Origin: an uncultured Actinomycetes bacterium
GTDB taxonomy: Bacteria > Actinomycetota > Actinomycetes > Nanopelagicales > Nanopelagicaceae
Direction: 5' to 3'
DNA length: 63,060 bases
Assembly (NCBI GenBank): GCA_903899375.1
Contig: CAIUIT010000081.1
Location: forward strand, 1-63,060
Shown here: positions 39,642 through 51,367 of the stretch, one piece after another
How positions within the stretch are numbered: the first letter of the stretch is position 1
Layout of the letters: every line of letters begins with the position of its first letter
Position numbers and translations under genes: made by a program
Notes under the pieces: model-generated
What the model was told of the DNA's origin: nothing
Database searches by the model: none
The model's input: only the letters and a program-made list of their open reading frames with translations

Positions 39642-40411
39642 GCACAGTTTTAGATGAGATCATCTCTGGGGTGCTCGAAGAACTGCAGGCACGCCAGATT
39701 CCGTTAGCTCAACTGCGCGAGCAATTAGTAAGCGCCCCGGCGGTTCGCAACGCATATGCCGCGCTAGAACAACCGGGAATGCAGATGATTGCAGAGGTAA
39801 AACGTTCTTCACCAAGCAAAGGAGCGCTCGCCTCGATCGCAGATCCCGCTGATCTCGCGCGAGCGTACGAATCTGCTGGCGCTGCCGTTATCAGCGTTCT
39901 GACTGAGGGCCGTCGATTTGGTGGAAGCCCCGCTGATCTTTTGGCTGTACGAAGCGCTGTCACCATTCCAGTACTGCGTAAAGATTTCATCATCACGGAG
40001 TACCAAGTAATTGAAACTCGCGTCCTCGGAGCGGATCTCATGCTTTTAATTGTTGCGGCGCTCGACGATAGCCAACTTCGAGATTTTCAGGCTCTCGCTC
40101 ACGAATTGGGATTAGGTGTTCTCGTCGAAGTTCACGATGAGGTCGAGTTGGAGAGGGCGCTTGGTATGAACGCGACAATTATCGGCGTCAATGCCCGAAA
40201 CCTAAAGACGCTAGAAATTCACGATGAGGCATTTACGCGTTTACTGCCACTTATCCCAGGCGATCGTATTAGGGTTGCAGAATCTGGAATATCTACCCGT
40301 CAGCAGGTCGAAGCAGCGCAATCAGCTGGCGCAAAGGCGATATTGGTTGGCGAGACCTTGGTTCGCGCAGGTGACCCAGCACTCGCAATCTCGCACCTCC
40401 TCGGTAGATAG
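39638..40411 (+). CDS. trpC: Indole-3-glycerol phosphate synthase
   Basis: [18 protein letters not shown] and GVNARNL motifs. A GAAGGAGAGG SD lies upstream. Confidence 0.93.
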   Translation: MSTVLDEIISGVLEELQARQIPLAQLREQLVSAPAVRNAYAALEQPGMQMIAEVKRSSPSKGALASIADPADLARAYESAGAAVISVLTEGRRFGGSPADLLAVRSAVTIPVLRKDFIITEYQVIETRVLGADLMLLIVAALDDSQLRDFQALAHELGLGVLVEVHDEVELERALGMNATIIGVNARNLKTLEIHDEAFTRLLPLIPGDRIRVAESGISTRQQVEAAQSAGAKAILVGETLVRAGDPALAISHLLGR

Positions 40412-40431
40412 GCTGCTGGTACCGTTCGCAG

Positions 40432-41631
40432 ATGAGCGTTGCTGTCGATTCCAACATTATTGGGCATTTTGGACCGTATGGCGGACGCTTCGTTCCAGAA
40501 GCGCTGATCGGGGCCCTCGATGAATTGGCTTTGGCGCATGAGCTTGCCCTTAAGGATCCGGTCTTTCAGGCTGAATTAGCTGAGCTGCATCGCACCTATA
40601 CCGGACGCCCCAGCATCATCACTGAGGTTAAACGTTTTGCTGAACATGCTGGAGGCGCTCGTATTCTGCTCAAGCGCGAAGATTTGAACCATACCGGCAG
40701 CCACAAGATCAATAACGTTCTCGGTCAAGCACTTCTCACCAAGCGCATGGGGAAAAAGCGCATCATCGCCGAGACAGGTGCCGGTCAACATGGAGTGGCG
40801 GCGGCGACCGCAGCAGCGTTGATGGGTCTCGATTGCGTCGTCTACATGGGCGAAGAAGATACGAAGCGTCAGTCGCTCAATGTGGCCCGAATGAAATTAC
40901 TTGGCGCAGAAGTGATTCCAGTAACTCAAGGCAGCAAGACTCTCAAAGATGCAATTAACGAGGCGATGCGCGATTGGGTTACCAACGTTGAAACGACTCA
41001 TTACTTGCTCGGTACCGTTGCCGGCCCGCACCCGTTTCCAACAATGGTTCGCGACTTCCACCGAGTAATAGGAATAGAAGCGCGCGAACAATGTTTGGAG
41101 CTCATGGGACGTTTGCCAGATGTGATTCTGGCTTGCGTCGGCGGGGGATCTAACGCGATCGGAATCTTTCATCCCTTTCTGGATGACACGGGTGTCAGAC
41201 TTATAGGTTTGGAAGCGGGCGGATCGGGGATCGAATCTGGACTACACGCTGCCACGATCAGTGGTGGCACACCCGGAGTTCTTCACGGTACCCGCTCATA
41301 CGTGCTGCAGGATGAGAATGGCCAGACGGTGGAATCTCATTCGATTTCAGCAGGGCTGGATTATCCTGGCGTCGGGCCAGAGCATGCTTATCTCAATGAT
41401 ATTGGTCGCGCCGAATATCGCCCGATCACTGATGCTCAAGCGATGGAAGCCTTTGCGCTGCTCTGCAAGACTGAAGGAATTATTCCGGCAATCGAAAGCG
41501 CTCATGCGCTCGCTGGTGCTATGCAGGTTGGTAAAGAGCTTGGTCCGCAAGCAGTCCTCCTTGTGAATCTCTCTGGGCGTGGAGATAAAGATGTGCAAAC
41601 AGCGGCGGACTACTTTGGAATTCCACTGTAA
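40432..41631 (+). CDS. trpB: Tryptophan synthase beta chain
   Basis: [16 protein letters not shown]-lysine motif HTGSHKINN, and GGGSNAIG. Confidence 0.96.
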   Translation: MSVAVDSNIIGHFGPYGGRFVPEALIGALDELALAHELALKDPVFQAELAELHRTYTGRPSIITEVKRFAEHAGGARILLKREDLNHTGSHKINNVLGQALLTKRMGKKRIIAETGAGQHGVAAATAAALMGLDCVVYMGEEDTKRQSLNVARMKLLGAEVIPVTQGSKTLKDAINEAMRDWVTNVETTHYLLGTVAGPHPFPTMVRDFHRVIGIEAREQCLELMGRLPDVILACVGGGSNAIGIFHPFLDDTGVRLIGLEAGGSGIESGLHAATISGGTPGVLHGTRSYVLQDENGQTVESHSISAGLDYPGVGPEHAYLNDIGRAEYRPITDAQAMEAFALLCKTEGIIPAIESAHALAGAMQVGKELGPQAVLLVNLSGRGDKDVQTAADYFGIPL

Positions 41632-42428
41632 TGAGTACTCCTCTCGATGCTCTCTTTATAAAAACCCGTGCTGAAAACCGGGCGGCTCTCATTGGCTATT
41701 TACCTGCAGGTTTTCCAACCCAGCAAGGATGTATCGATGCACTCACCGCAATGGTTGAAGGCGGCGTCGATGCCATCGAAATTGGGTATCCCTATAGCGA
41801 TCCAGTGATGGATGGACCGGTCATTCAGGCCGCAGCTGAAACTTCTCTTCGCAATGGGACCGGAGCCGCAGAAGTTATGGCCACACTATCGGCTATAGCG
41901 AAGATTGCACCTACCGTTGTCATGACGTACTGGAACCCAATAGAAAGATATGGCGTCAATAAATTTCTCACAGACATTAAGGGCAATGGGGGATCGGGTG
42001 TTATTACCCCTGATCTGACAATCGAGGAGTCGGAACCTTGGATTGCAGCATCAAGCAAGCTCGACACTAACCGTATTTATGTTGTAGCTCCAAGCACAAC
42101 GGATCAACGACTCAAAAAGGTGACATCTGCTACCTCGGGGTTTGTTTACGCCGCATCTCTTATGGGGGTGACCGGAACTCGCACCACCGTTTCAACCAGC
42201 GCGCTTACTCTCGTTTCACGCTTACGTGAAGCTACCCACCTACCGATTGCAGTGGGTTTAGGTGTGTCTACGCCAGAGCAGGCGCGTGAAGTTGCGCAAT
42301 ATGCAGATGGAGTAATCGTCGGTTCTGCCTTCATCCGTTTGCTTCAAGAAGCACAATCACCGCAAGAGGGCGTAGATAAGGTTCGTGCACTCGCTCAAGA
42401 ATTGTCGAAAGGATTGCAGCGCTCATGA
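41631..42428 (+). CDS. trpA: Tryptophan synthase alpha chain
   Basis: 265 aa with GYLPAGFP, EIGYPYSDPVMDGP and GFVYAASLMGVTG motifs. TAATG overlap with trpB. Confidence 0.93.
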   Translation: MSTPLDALFIKTRAENRAALIGYLPAGFPTQQGCIDALTAMVEGGVDAIEIGYPYSDPVMDGPVIQAAAETSLRNGTGAAEVMATLSAIAKIAPTVVMTYWNPIERYGVNKFLTDIKGNGGSGVITPDLTIEESEPWIAASSKLDTNRIYVVAPSTTDQRLKKVTSATSGFVYAASLMGVTGTRTTVSTSALTLVSRLREATHLPIAVGLGVSTPEQAREVAQYADGVIVGSAFIRLLQEAQSPQEGVDKVRALAQELSKGLQRS

Positions 42429-42916
42429 AAAAACTTTGGAATGAAAGATCTCGCAGTTGGCTCACCCTCGCCGCTCGCCTTGTTTTGGGTGGTGTACTTA
42501 TAGCCGCAGGTTATCTCAAAGCTAAAAACCCAACTGTGTCGACAGCTTCAGTTCGAGTTTACAAACTCCTTCCAGTCGGACTAGCTAATATCTTTGGATA
42601 TGCGTTACCTTGGATTGAGATTGGATTGGCCCTCCTTTTGATCGTCGGGATCTGGGTCAGACAGACTTCCCTCCTCTCCGGAGCGCTGATGGTTCTCTTC
42701 ATTTTTGCTGTGGGGCAGGCTTGGGCCAGAAAACTGGCAATTAACTGTGGATGCTTTGGTAACGGCGGTGTAACTGTCGATGGAAAGGTCCATCCTGGCA
42801 TTTACCTCACCGAGATCGTCCGAGATATCGGTCTCACAGTCGTTGCTGGGTATTTATATCGCTTTCCACACGGTAAATTTGGTCTCGATAAGGCAAGCAA
42901 CGAAAATGAGGAGTAG
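42425..42916 (+). CDS. MauE/DoxX-family integral membrane protein with CGCFG cysteine motif
   Basis: 163 aa with four hydrophobic helices and an INCGCFGNGG motif characteristic of MauE-like proteins. ATGA overlap with trpA. Confidence 0.7.
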   Translation: MKKLWNERSRSWLTLAARLVLGGVLIAAGYLKAKNPTVSTASVRVYKLLPVGLANIFGYALPWIEIGLALLLIVGIWVRQTSLLSGALMVLFIFAVGQAWARKLAINCGCFGNGGVTVDGKVHPGIYLTEIVRDIGLTVVAGYLYRFPHGKFGLDKASNENEE

Positions 42917-42921
42917 AGCAG

Positions 42922-43632
42922 ATGGCTGATAAGAAAAATAATAAGAAGAACGTTCCCCAGAAAAAAACTGACAAGACCACGCGCTATCTCGTTATTGGAA
43001 TGATCGTCTTCATCGTCATAGCTGGCCTCGGCGCCGCTCTCGCGAAGAATCATTCAAACTCTCACGTTGCCATGCCGTCCACCGTCTCTAAGGCAAATGG
43101 ATACGGAATCACATTCAATCCAACCGCTAAGGTAAAGGTTGATATGTATGAAGACTTCCGTTGCCCAAATTGTCGCAACTTTGAAGCCGTCAACAGCACA
43201 TATATCAATGGATTGGTTCGCGCTGGAAAGATTGAAGCGGTCTATCACCCAATGCACTTCATCGCCTCTGATTCACAATTGACCGCTGCTGCAGTTGCCT
43301 GTGCTGCCGATCAAGGCAAGTTCATAGAGATGCATACGGCTCTATATGTAAACCAGCCATCTTCTACGCAGATGGCTGAAAATTCGCCCTACTGGACGAA
43401 TGCGCAATTGATATTGCTCGGTCACTCTGTGGGAATCGCATCAACCGCATTCGACACATGCATTAATAGTGGTAAGTACATGAATTGGACGAATAACATT
43501 AATGCGGATGCTGCTGCGAAGAACATAAATGCGACTCCAACAGTGATTGTTAATGGCAAGACTTTGTCGCTGGCAACGACGTATGATGCCAAAGCCTTTA
43601 CCAAGGTACTTACGGACCTTGGTGTTAAGTAA
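42922..43632 (+). CDS. Membrane-anchored DsbA-like thioredoxin-fold thiol:disulfide oxidoreductase
   Basis: Basic N-terminus, a single TM anchor, and a thioredoxin-like domain with the active site FRCPNCRNFE (CxxC). A second Cys pair lies further on. Confidence 0.75.
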   Translation: MADKKNNKKNVPQKKTDKTTRYLVIGMIVFIVIAGLGAALAKNHSNSHVAMPSTVSKANGYGITFNPTAKVKVDMYEDFRCPNCRNFEAVNSTYINGLVRAGKIEAVYHPMHFIASDSQLTAAAVACAADQGKFIEMHTALYVNQPSSTQMAENSPYWTNAQLILLGHSVGIASTAFDTCINSGKYMNWTNNINADAAAKNINATPTVIVNGKTLSLATTYDAKAFTKVLTDLGVK

Positions 43633-43640
43633 CCGAACTC

Positions 43641-44477
43641 TTGTTTGATCGATTCATCCCAACTCCGTCGAGTTCATCGATCGAGTTGGGGGTAGTAACA
43701 CTTCATTATTACGCGCTCTGCATCCTCCTTGGAATAATTGTCGCTCTTGGGTTAGGTGCCGTTCGATGGAGGAAATCTGGAGGCTTAACAAGCGAACTCT
43801 ACGATTTAGCAATTTATGTAATCCCGGCAGGAATTATTGGTGGACGCCTTTATCACGTGATCACAACCCCCGAACTTTATTTTGGTGCGCATGGTCGATT
43901 GAGTGATGCCATCAAAATCTGGGAGGGAGGCATGGGGATTTGGGGCGCAGTTTTCTTTGGAGTTCTCGTCGCCTATCTCTATTTTCAGAGGCGAAGACGA
44001 AGTATCACTCTCCCCTTAGCACTCGATGCGCTAGCGCCAGGAATTCTGATCGCGCAGGCGATCGGACGTTGGGGAAATTGGTTTAATCATGAACTCTTTG
44101 GTGGGCCGAGTTCGCTTCCGTGGGCGTTGAAGATACCTCTTGCCGATCGTCCGCTGGGATATGAAAAATTTGCCACCTTTACACCGACCTTCCTCTATGA
44201 ATCGCTCTGGTGCCTAGCATGCGCGGGGGTGATTCTATTTTTTCCTCGTGTGCGCACGTTGCGACCTGGAAATACATTTCTTCTTTATATCTTCCTCTAT
44301 TGCACAGGGAGAATGTGGATCGAAGCGCTCCGAATTGATCGAGCTCATCTCATCTGGGGGATTCGCCTTAATGTATGGGTAGCGCTCACGTGCGGAATAG
44401 TTTCCTTGTTGTTCATTATCAAGCGTGAGCGGTCAGACGGGGCACCTTCGGTTGAATTGGATACTATTAACCCATGA
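43641..44477 (+). CDS. lgt: Prolipoprotein diacylglyceryl transferase
   Basis: HYYALCILLG, GGRLYH and GRWGNWFNHELFG motifs. The trpA-proximal position matches other Actinobacteria. Confidence 0.92.
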   Translation: MFDRFIPTPSSSSIELGVVTLHYYALCILLGIIVALGLGAVRWRKSGGLTSELYDLAIYVIPAGIIGGRLYHVITTPELYFGAHGRLSDAIKIWEGGMGIWGAVFFGVLVAYLYFQRRRRSITLPLALDALAPGILIAQAIGRWGNWFNHELFGGPSSLPWALKIPLADRPLGYEKFATFTPTFLYESLWCLACAGVILFFPRVRTLRPGNTFLLYIFLYCTGRMWIEALRIDRAHLIWGIRLNVWVALTCGIVSLLFIIKRERSDGAPSVELDTINP

Positions 44478-45172
44478 GTTTAGAAGCCGTATATAAGAGA
44501 AACGAACATCACCGCGGCAGCAAATCTGGGTGGCTACGTGCTGCCGTACTTGGTGCAAATGATGGATTGGTTTCAAATGCATCACTCCTCATCGGAGTTG
44601 CCGCGGCTGGACGCAGTAGTTTTTTAGCAGTTGCTGGTATCGCAGGAATCGCGGCTGGGGCCATGGCGATGGCGGTAGGGGAGTACATATCCGTAAAATC
44701 CCAAGCAGATATTGAGACTTCCGATCGAGAGATGGAGAGAGAGCATCTTGAGGCAGACCCAGCAGGAGAACTAGAGGAGTTAACACAGATTTATCAGGAG
44801 CGTGGCTTGCCCCGTCAGTTGGCCGAGCAGGTAGCCGTCACCTTGACCGAGAAGGGAGCCCTTGAAGCGCACCTTCGGGATGAACTGGGGCAGCATGAAT
44901 CCAATATGGCCAAGCCTCTAGCAGCTTCACTTGCATCCATGATCAGTTTTGCTCTCGGAGCCACCATTCCGCTGATTGGAGCGCTGATGGGTGGAACTAC
45001 TACAAAGGTCACGCTCATTATCCTTTTCACCTTGGTTGGTCTCTTATCCACCGGGATAGTTTCCTCGAAACTTACCGGGGCGCCGGTAATCCGTGCTTCT
45101 CTCCGTGTTCTTATTGGAGGCAGCCTGGGAATGGCGATTACCGCTGGAATCGGAGCACTCGCACATATTTAG
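44474..45172 (+). CDS. VIT1/CCC1-family (iron/manganese) transporter
   Basis: GWLRAAVLGANDGLVSNASLLIGVA N-terminal motif, a central acidic soluble segment, and C-terminal TM helices. ATGA overlap with lgt. Confidence 0.8.
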   Translation: MSLEAVYKRNEHHRGSKSGWLRAAVLGANDGLVSNASLLIGVAAAGRSSFLAVAGIAGIAAGAMAMAVGEYISVKSQADIETSDREMEREHLEADPAGELEELTQIYQERGLPRQLAEQVAVTLTEKGALEAHLRDELGQHESNMAKPLAASLASMISFALGATIPLIGALMGGTTTKVTLIILFTLVGLLSTGIVSSKLTGAPVIRASLRVLIGGSLGMAITAGIGALAHI

Positions 45173-45307
45173 CAAGCACTCTGAGGGTTCTGGCCAGAGA
45201 TTTGGTGCCAACTTCCACTAGTAGTTGATAGTCTTTCCCTTCGCTCAGCTAGCGCTGTGCGGTATTCGTTGGGCCATTGTCGTCCCGACCGTTCTTTAGG
45301 AGCGTTC

Positions 45308-48300
45308 GTGACCCTCTTCTCTTCTCTGCCATCTGCTCAGGGGCTTTATAACCCTGCTGATGAACACGATGCTTGTGGTGTCGCGATGGTCGCAACCCTA
45401 AAGAAAGAGCCAACACACGAGATTGTCGCGCAAGCTCTTACCGCTCTGCGCAATATGGAACATCGTGGTGCATCAGGCGCCGAGCCAGATAGTGGCGATG
45501 GAGCAGGCATATTAATTCGAATTCCCGATGAGTTCTATCGCAGCGTCGTCGAATTCCCTCTTCCGACGATTGGTTCATACGCCACTGGAATTGCTTTTAT
45601 TGATAGAGATTTCGATGATCTTCCCGGCATCGTGAAGATTGCAGAAGAAGAAAACCTTTCGATCCTAGGATGGCGCGAACTTCCGACGAATGATTCCTCA
45701 TTGGGTACAACCGCTCTCTCTGTAATGCCGCGCTTCGTCCAAATCTTTCTCGCAGGTAAGGGCAATGAGAGTGATCTTGAACTCGACCGCCTCGCTTTTT
45801 GTTTCCGAAAGCGTGTTGAGCATTCGCTACCCATCTATTTCCCCTCCCTTTCAGCTCGCACCATTGTTTACAAAGGAATGCTGACAACTGGTCAACTCGA
45901 AGAATTCTTCCCTGACCTCTCCGATGAACTCGTAAAATCGCCTTTAGCTTTAGTCCACTCGCGTTTCTCCACGAATACTTTTCCATCGTGGCCATTGGCT
46001 CATCCATATAGATATATCGCACACAATGGCGAGATAAATACCGTACGAGGTAATCGAAATTGGATGCGCGCTCGCGAAGCTCTTTTAGCCAGCCCCTTAA
46101 TTCCGGGTGATATCTCTCGACTATTTCCCATCGTAAATAACTCTGGAAGCGATTCGGCATCTTTTGATGAGGTGTTAGAACTTCTCTACCTCACCGGGCG
46201 TTCGCTGCCGCATTCAATCTTGATGATGATTCCCGAGGCCTGGGAGAACAGCACAACGATGCCCCAGCAACTTCGAGATTTCTATGCCTTTCATGCTTCG
46301 TTGATGGAGCCATGGGATGGACCCGCCTGCGTTACCTTTACCGACGGATCTCACGTTGGTGCGGTTCTTGATCGCAACGGGCTTCGACCTTCTCGATTCT
46401 GGGTCACCGACGATGGGCTTGTTATTCTGGCCTCTGAGGTTGGAGTGCTAGAAATTGATCCAGCAAAGGTTGTTCGCAAAGGTCGTTTGCAGCCCGGCCG
46501 AATGTTCCTTGTCGATATTGCAGAAGGTCGTATTATCGAAGACGGCGAAATCAAAGGTTCTTTAGCGGCCTCGGAGCCGTACGGGGAGTGGCTCGCTGAA
46601 GGTGTTGTTCGACTCGCTGATCTCCCATCGCGCGAACATATTATTTACCCACACTCCTCTGTCTTGCGACGCCAACGTGCCTTTGGATATACCGAGGAAG
46701 AACTTCGGATCATCATTGCTCCGATGGCCAAGAATGGTGCTGAGCCTTTGGGCTCGATGGGGACTGACTCTCCCATCGCCGCGCTCTCCGAAAAACCACG
46801 TCTGCTCTTTGACTACTTCGCCCAGCTTTTTGCTCAAGTAACCAACCCACCGCTGGATGCAATTCGCGAAGAGATGGTTACCAGCCTCGGCCAAACCATC
46901 GGAGCTGAATCCAATCTTCTCCACCCATCTGCAGACTCCTGCCGTCAAATCTCACTCGACTTTCCAGTCATCGATAATGACGAGCTCGCCAAGATTATTC
47001 ACGTCAATACCGATGGCGAACATCCATATTTCGATTCACATGTGGTGCGAGGCCTCTTTCCCGTCATGGGTGGCGGAGAAGCGCTTCGCGATCGCATCGA
47101 AGAGATTCGCGCTGAAGTTTCACTCGCCATCAAGCACGGGGCTCGCATCGTCGTTCTCTCCGATCGCGATGGTGATAGCGAAGAAGCACCGATTCCAACT
47201 CTCTTGCTCACCGCCGCAATCCATCATCACCTCATCCGCGAAAAGACTCGCACCCGCGTTAGCCTAATCATCGAAAGTGGCGAAGTTCGCGAAGTTCATC
47301 ATGTTGCACTACTTATTGGATTTGGCGCGTCGGCAGTAAATCCATATCTCGCGATGGAGAGCGCCGAAGATTTGGTCCGTCAAGGCGTCATCTCGGGAAT
47401 CACTCCCGAGAAAGCAGTCGCTAATCTTATTAAGTCGCTGGGCAAAGGCGTGCTTAAGGTTATGTCCAAGATGGGAATTTCCACCATCGCTTCTTATCAT
47501 GGAGCCCAAGTATTTGAAGCTATCGGGCTTTCATCCGAAGTGGTTGATGAATACTTCACTGGATTGACTTCACGTCTGGGTGGCGTATCTCTTGATACTC
47601 TGGCGCAAGAAACTGTGAAGCGACATCACATCGCCTACCCTCCGATGGGAGAAATTCCTGGCACAAAGAAGTTGCCAATTGGCGGAGAGTACCAATGGCG
47701 ACGAGAGGGCGAACCGCACCTCTTCAATCCCGAGACCGTTTTTAAGTTGCAACACGCAACCCGTGCAAAGCGATATGACATTTTCAAGCAGTACACCAAT
47801 CTGGTGGATGATCAATCAAAGAATTTGATGACGCTCCGTGGGCTCTTTACCTTTAAATTGGGCGTTCGTAAGACAATCTCTATTGATGAGGTTGAATCTA
47901 CTTCCTCCATCATTAAGCGATTTGCTACCGGTGCTATGTCGTATGGCTCGATCTCACAAGAAGCTCATGAGACCTTGGCAATTGCGATGAACCGTATCGG
48001 TGGTAAATCAAACACTGGCGAGGGGGGGGAAGATCCTGCTCGTAATACGCCCGATGCCAACGGAGATTCCCGCCGATCGGCGATTAAACAAGTTGCCTCT
48101 GGGCGCTTTGGTGTAACCAGTGAATACCTAGTGAACGCTGATGATATTCAGATCAAGATGGCGCAAGGGGCAAAGCCTGGAGAAGGTGGGCAGCTTCCGG
48201 GAAACAAGGTCTATCCCTGGATCGCCCAAGTGCGCTATTCCACTCCTGGAGTTGGATTGATTTCACCGCCGCCACACCACGATATTTATTCCATTGAAGA

Positions 48301-49822
48301 TCTTGCGCAGTTGATTCACGATCTTAAGAACGCCAACAAGCATGCCCGCGTACACGTGAAATTAGTTGCAGAAGTTGGAATAGGAACCGTAGCTGCCGGC
48401 GTTTCAAAGGCGCATGCCGACGTTGTCTTGATCTCGGGCCACGATGGTGGCACCGGTGCTTCTCCGCTCACCTCGCTTAAGCATGCAGGTGCACCTTGGG
48501 AACTCGGCTTAGCAGAAACTCAACAGACCTTAATGCTCAACGGTTTGCGAGATCGCATTATCGTGCAAGTTGATGGTCAGATGAAGACCGGTCGCGATGT
48601 GGTTATTGCTGCGCTCCTTGGCGCGGAAGAGTTTGGTTTTGCGACGGCTCCGTTGGTCGTCTCTGGTTGCGTAATGATGAGAGTCTGCCATCTCGATACC
48701 TGTCCAGTTGGCGTAGCAACTCAAAATCCTGAACTTCGAAAGCGCTTCTCTGGAAAACCAGAATTCGTCGAAACTTTCTTTGAATATATTGCCGAAGAAG
48801 TTCGTGAGTGGTTAGCGCAGTTGGGCTTTCGCTCCATTGAAGAAGCTATTGGCCAAGTGGAACTTCTCGATACTCGCGATGCAGTTGCGCACTGGAAGGC
48901 GAGTGGTCTTGATCTCACCCCGCTATTAAAGGCCCCGCTCTTCGCTGGATCTCGCAAAAATACTGAAGTCCAAGACCATGGTCTTGCCGCAGCCCTCGAT
49001 AACTCTCTCATCGAGCGATCACAAGCCGCTCTCACCAAGGGTGAAGCGGTCAGCTTCGAGATACCAGTTAGAAATGTAAACCGCACGGTTGGTACCATGC
49101 TTGGTGCCGAAATTACGCGTGCCTATGGCAGCACTGGCCTCCCCGATGACACCATCGATATTTCCCTCTTTGGTTCGGCCGGTCAATCACTTGGCGCATT
49201 TATACCTAAGGGTTTAACGCTTCGACTGAGTGGTGATACCAATGATTATGTCGGAAAGGGTCTATCGGGCGGACGCATTATTGTTCGGCCAGATGAGAAA
49301 GCTACTTTTGCATCTCACGAGAATGTGATTGCAGGAAATGTCATTGCCTATGGGGCAACGAGCGGAGAGGTTTTCATTCGCGGAGTTGTCGGTGAGCGTT
49401 TTTGTGTGCGCAATTCTGGAGCGACAGCGGTTGTTGAAGGAATCGGTGATCATGGGTGTGAATACATGACCGGTGGAGTAGCCATGATTCTCGGCACTAT
49501 CGGGCGAAATTTTGGTGCCGGAATGTCCGGTGGCCTGGCCTTCGTTCTCGATTTGGACGCTCGTCTGGTCAATCCAGATATGGTCGACGTTTTGACGCTC
49601 TCGCCTGGACGTGCCCAACAAGCTCATGACCTCATAGCAAAATTTGCGGTGGAGACCGATTCGCAGATTGCAATTGCGCTACTGAGCGACTGGGCGATTG
49701 AAAGTCTTCGAATATCTCTCGTGATGCCACGCGACTACGCCAAAGTGTTGGCGATCATGGAGAAAGCTGAACGCGAAGGTATAAATGTAGATGAAGCAAT
49801 AATGGAGGCAACCCGTGGCTGA
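45308..49822 (+). CDS. gltB: Glutamate synthase large subunit
   Basis: Ntn-amidotransferase Cys (DACGVAMV) after a short propeptide, followed by FMN/Fe-S and GXGXG C-terminal domains. The GTG at 45308 has an AGGAG SD 6 nt upstream and is preferred over the listed 45257. Confidence 0.95.
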   Translation: MTLFSSLPSAQGLYNPADEHDACGVAMVATLKKEPTHEIVAQALTALRNMEHRGASGAEPDSGDGAGILIRIPDEFYRSVVEFPLPTIGSYATGIAFIDRDFDDLPGIVKIAEEENLSILGWRELPTNDSSLGTTALSVMPRFVQIFLAGKGNESDLELDRLAFCFRKRVEHSLPIYFPSLSARTIVYKGMLTTGQLEEFFPDLSDELVKSPLALVHSRFSTNTFPSWPLAHPYRYIAHNGEINTVRGNRNWMRAREALLASPLIPGDISRLFPIVNNSGSDSASFDEVLELLYLTGRSLPHSILMMIPEAWENSTTMPQQLRDFYAFHASLMEPWDGPACVTFTDGSHVGAVLDRNGLRPSRFWVTDDGLVILASEVGVLEIDPAKVVRKGRLQPGRMFLVDIAEGRIIEDGEIKGSLAASEPYGEWLAEGVVRLADLPSREHIIYPHSSVLRRQRAFGYTEEELRIIIAPMAKNGAEPLGSMGTDSPIAALSEKPRLLFDYFAQLFAQVTNPPLDAIREEMVTSLGQTIGAESNLLHPSADSCRQISLDFPVIDNDELAKIIHVNTDGEHPYFDSHVVRGLFPVMGGGEALRDRIEEIRAEVSLAIKHGARIVVLSDRDGDSEEAPIPTLLLTAAIHHHLIREKTRTRVSLIIESGEVREVHHVALLIGFGASAVNPYLAMESAEDLVRQGVISGITPEKAVANLIKSLGKGVLKVMSKMGISTIASYHGAQVFEAIGLSSEVVDEYFTGLTSRLGGVSLDTLAQETVKRHHIAYPPMGEIPGTKKLPIGGEYQWRREGEPHLFNPETVFKLQHATRAKRYDIFKQYTNLVDDQSKNLMTLRGLFTFKLGVRKTISIDEVESTSSIIKRFATGAMSYGSISQEAHETLAIAMNRIGGKSNTGEGGEDPARNTPDANGDSRRSAIKQVASGRFGVTSEYLVNADDIQIKMAQGAKPGEGGQLPGNKVYPWIAQVRYSTPGVGLISPPPHHDIYSIEDLAQLIHDLKNANKHARVHVKLVAEVGIGTVAAGVSKAHADVVLISGHDGGTGASPLTSLKHAGAPWELGLAETQQTLMLNGLRDRIIVQVDGQMKTGRDVVIAALLGAEEFGFATAPLVVSGCVMMRVCHLDTCPVGVATQNPELRKRFSGKPEFVETFFEYIAEEVREWLAQLGFRSIEEAIGQVELLDTRDAVAHWKASGLDLTPLLKAPLFAGSRKNTEVQDHGLAAALDNSLIERSQAALTKGEAVSFEIPVRNVNRTVGTMLGAEITRAYGSTGLPDDTIDISLFGSAGQSLGAFIPKGLTLRLSGDTNDYVGKGLSGGRIIVRPDEKATFASHENVIAGNVIAYGATSGEVFIRGVVGERFCVRNSGATAVVEGIGDHGCEYMTGGVAMILGTIGRNFGAGMSGGLAFVLDLDARLVNPDMVDVLTLSPGRAQQAHDLIAKFAVETDSQIAIALLSDWAIESLRISLVMPRDYAKVLAIMEKAEREGINVDEAIMEATRG

Positions 49823-51272
49823 TCCAAAGGGATTTCTAACAACACAGCGGCAGACGCCCAAGCGCCGTCCCGTCGATGTACGCATCAAGGATTGGAAAGA
49901 GGTTTACGAAGAGCAACCCTTCGCAGATTTACAGAAGCAGGCAGGACGCTGTATGGATTGCGGGATTCCATTCTGTCATCAGGGGTGCCCACTTGGTAAT
50001 TTGATTCCTGAGTGGAACGATTTGATCTGGCGCGCAGAGCGAGCCGAGGCCATTGATCGCCTTCATGCCACCAATAATTTTCCAGAATTTACTGGGCGCT
50101 TGTGCCCAGCCCCCTGCGAGAGCGCATGTGTCGTTGCAATTAACTCAGATGCCGTCACAATCAAGCAGGTAGAACTTCGCACCATTGAAGAGGCCTTTAG
50201 TAACGGGCTAGTTGTTCCACTTCCTCCAGATCGCCTCACTGGCAAGACAATTGCTGTAGTTGGATCAGGGCCAGCTGGTCTAGCAGCAGCGCAACAGTTG
50301 ACGCGTGCTGGTCATACAGTTGCTGTCTACGAACGTGCTGATCGCATTGGAGGTCTATTGCGATACGGAATTCCAGAATTCAAGATGGAGAAATCAATTG
50401 TTGATCGTCGTATTGAACAGATGGAGGCTGAAGGAACGCGATTCCGTGCCGGCGTCAATGTTGGAGTCGATATAACTGGTTCTGAGCTTCGCAAACGCTA
50501 CGACGCGGTAGTTTTAGCCGTTGGTGCAACTCATTGGCGTGATCTGAGTGTTCCAGGACGAGACAATGTGGGCATTTATCAAGCGATGGAATATCTCCCT
50601 TGGGGAAATCAACAAGGACTTGGTGAGTTAGCGGGGGATCCACCAATTAACGCACACGGTAAGCATGTTGTGATTCTTGGAGGTGGAGATACCGGAGCTG
50701 ATTGTTTGGGCACTGCGATTCGCCAAGGTGCAGCGAGCGTCACTCAGCTCGAAATTCTCCCGCGCCCCACAGAAGAGCGACCATCGAATCAACCATGGCC
50801 TACGTACCCGATGATCTATCGGGTCAGCAGCGCCCACGAAGAGGCGGGCGAGAGAATCTTCGCCGTTTCTACAGAATCATTCATTGGCGATGGCGCTGGA
50901 AATGTGAAGGCGCTTAAACTCGTTGAAACCGAATTTATCAATGGAAAATTTGAAAGGGTCGCAGGTTCCGAACGTGAAATTCCAGCAGATCTAGTCTTTC
51001 TTGCGATGGGATTCCTCGGTCCAGAGAAATCTGAACTCATTTCCCAACTTGAGGTACAACTCGATCAACGCGGCAATGTGCTGCGCGATGAGAAGTTTGC
51101 CACATCCGAAGAGGGAATCTTTGTCTGCGGTGATGCGGGCCGAGGTCAATCTCTTATCGTTTGGGCGATCGCCGAAGGGCGAAGTGCCGCAGCAGCGGTG
51201 GATGAATATTTGCTGGGGGAGACCGGGCTACCAGCGCCGATACTTCCTACATCACGTTCTTTGACTGTCTAA
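49815..51272 (+). CDS. gltD: Glutamate synthase small subunit (NAD(P)H-dependent)
   Basis: Fe-S Cys clusters ([18 protein letters not shown]) and a dinucleotide fold ([12 protein letters not shown]). It overlaps the gltB stop. Confidence 0.94.
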   Translation: MADPKGFLTTQRQTPKRRPVDVRIKDWKEVYEEQPFADLQKQAGRCMDCGIPFCHQGCPLGNLIPEWNDLIWRAERAEAIDRLHATNNFPEFTGRLCPAPCESACVVAINSDAVTIKQVELRTIEEAFSNGLVVPLPPDRLTGKTIAVVGSGPAGLAAAQQLTRAGHTVAVYERADRIGGLLRYGIPEFKMEKSIVDRRIEQMEAEGTRFRAGVNVGVDITGSELRKRYDAVVLAVGATHWRDLSVPGRDNVGIYQAMEYLPWGNQQGLGELAGDPPINAHGKHVVILGGGDTGADCLGTAIRQGAASVTQLEILPRPTEERPSNQPWPTYPMIYRVSSAHEEAGERIFAVSTESFIGDGAGNVKALKLVETEFINGKFERVAGSEREIPADLVFLAMGFLGPEKSELISQLEVQLDQRGNVLRDEKFATSEEGIFVCGDAGRGQSLIVWAIAEGRSAAAAVDEYLLGETGLPAPILPTSRSLTV

Positions 51273-51324
51273 CTTTGCAATTACCGATAAAATAAAGGTT
51301 CGAGCATTAAACGCACAATTAATA

Positions 51325-51342
51325 GGAACCAATCCTGGTTCC
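51325..51342 (+). other. 7-bp hairpin between gltD and pyk (possible U-tail-less terminator or pyk 5' UTR structure)
   Basis: GGAACCA (51325-51331) pairs perfectly with TGGTTCC (51336-51342) around the loop ATCC. No downstream T-run. Confidence 0.35.
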
Positions 51343-51367
51343 CCAAAGAGAGGCTTCGGCTAGATAA

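Noticed and set aside
45257-45307. Upstream GTG start for gltB at 45257
   Set aside because: The GTG at 45308 has a clear AGGAG SD at the proper spacing and leaves a normal-length propeptide before the catalytic Cys. The upstream extension has no SD.
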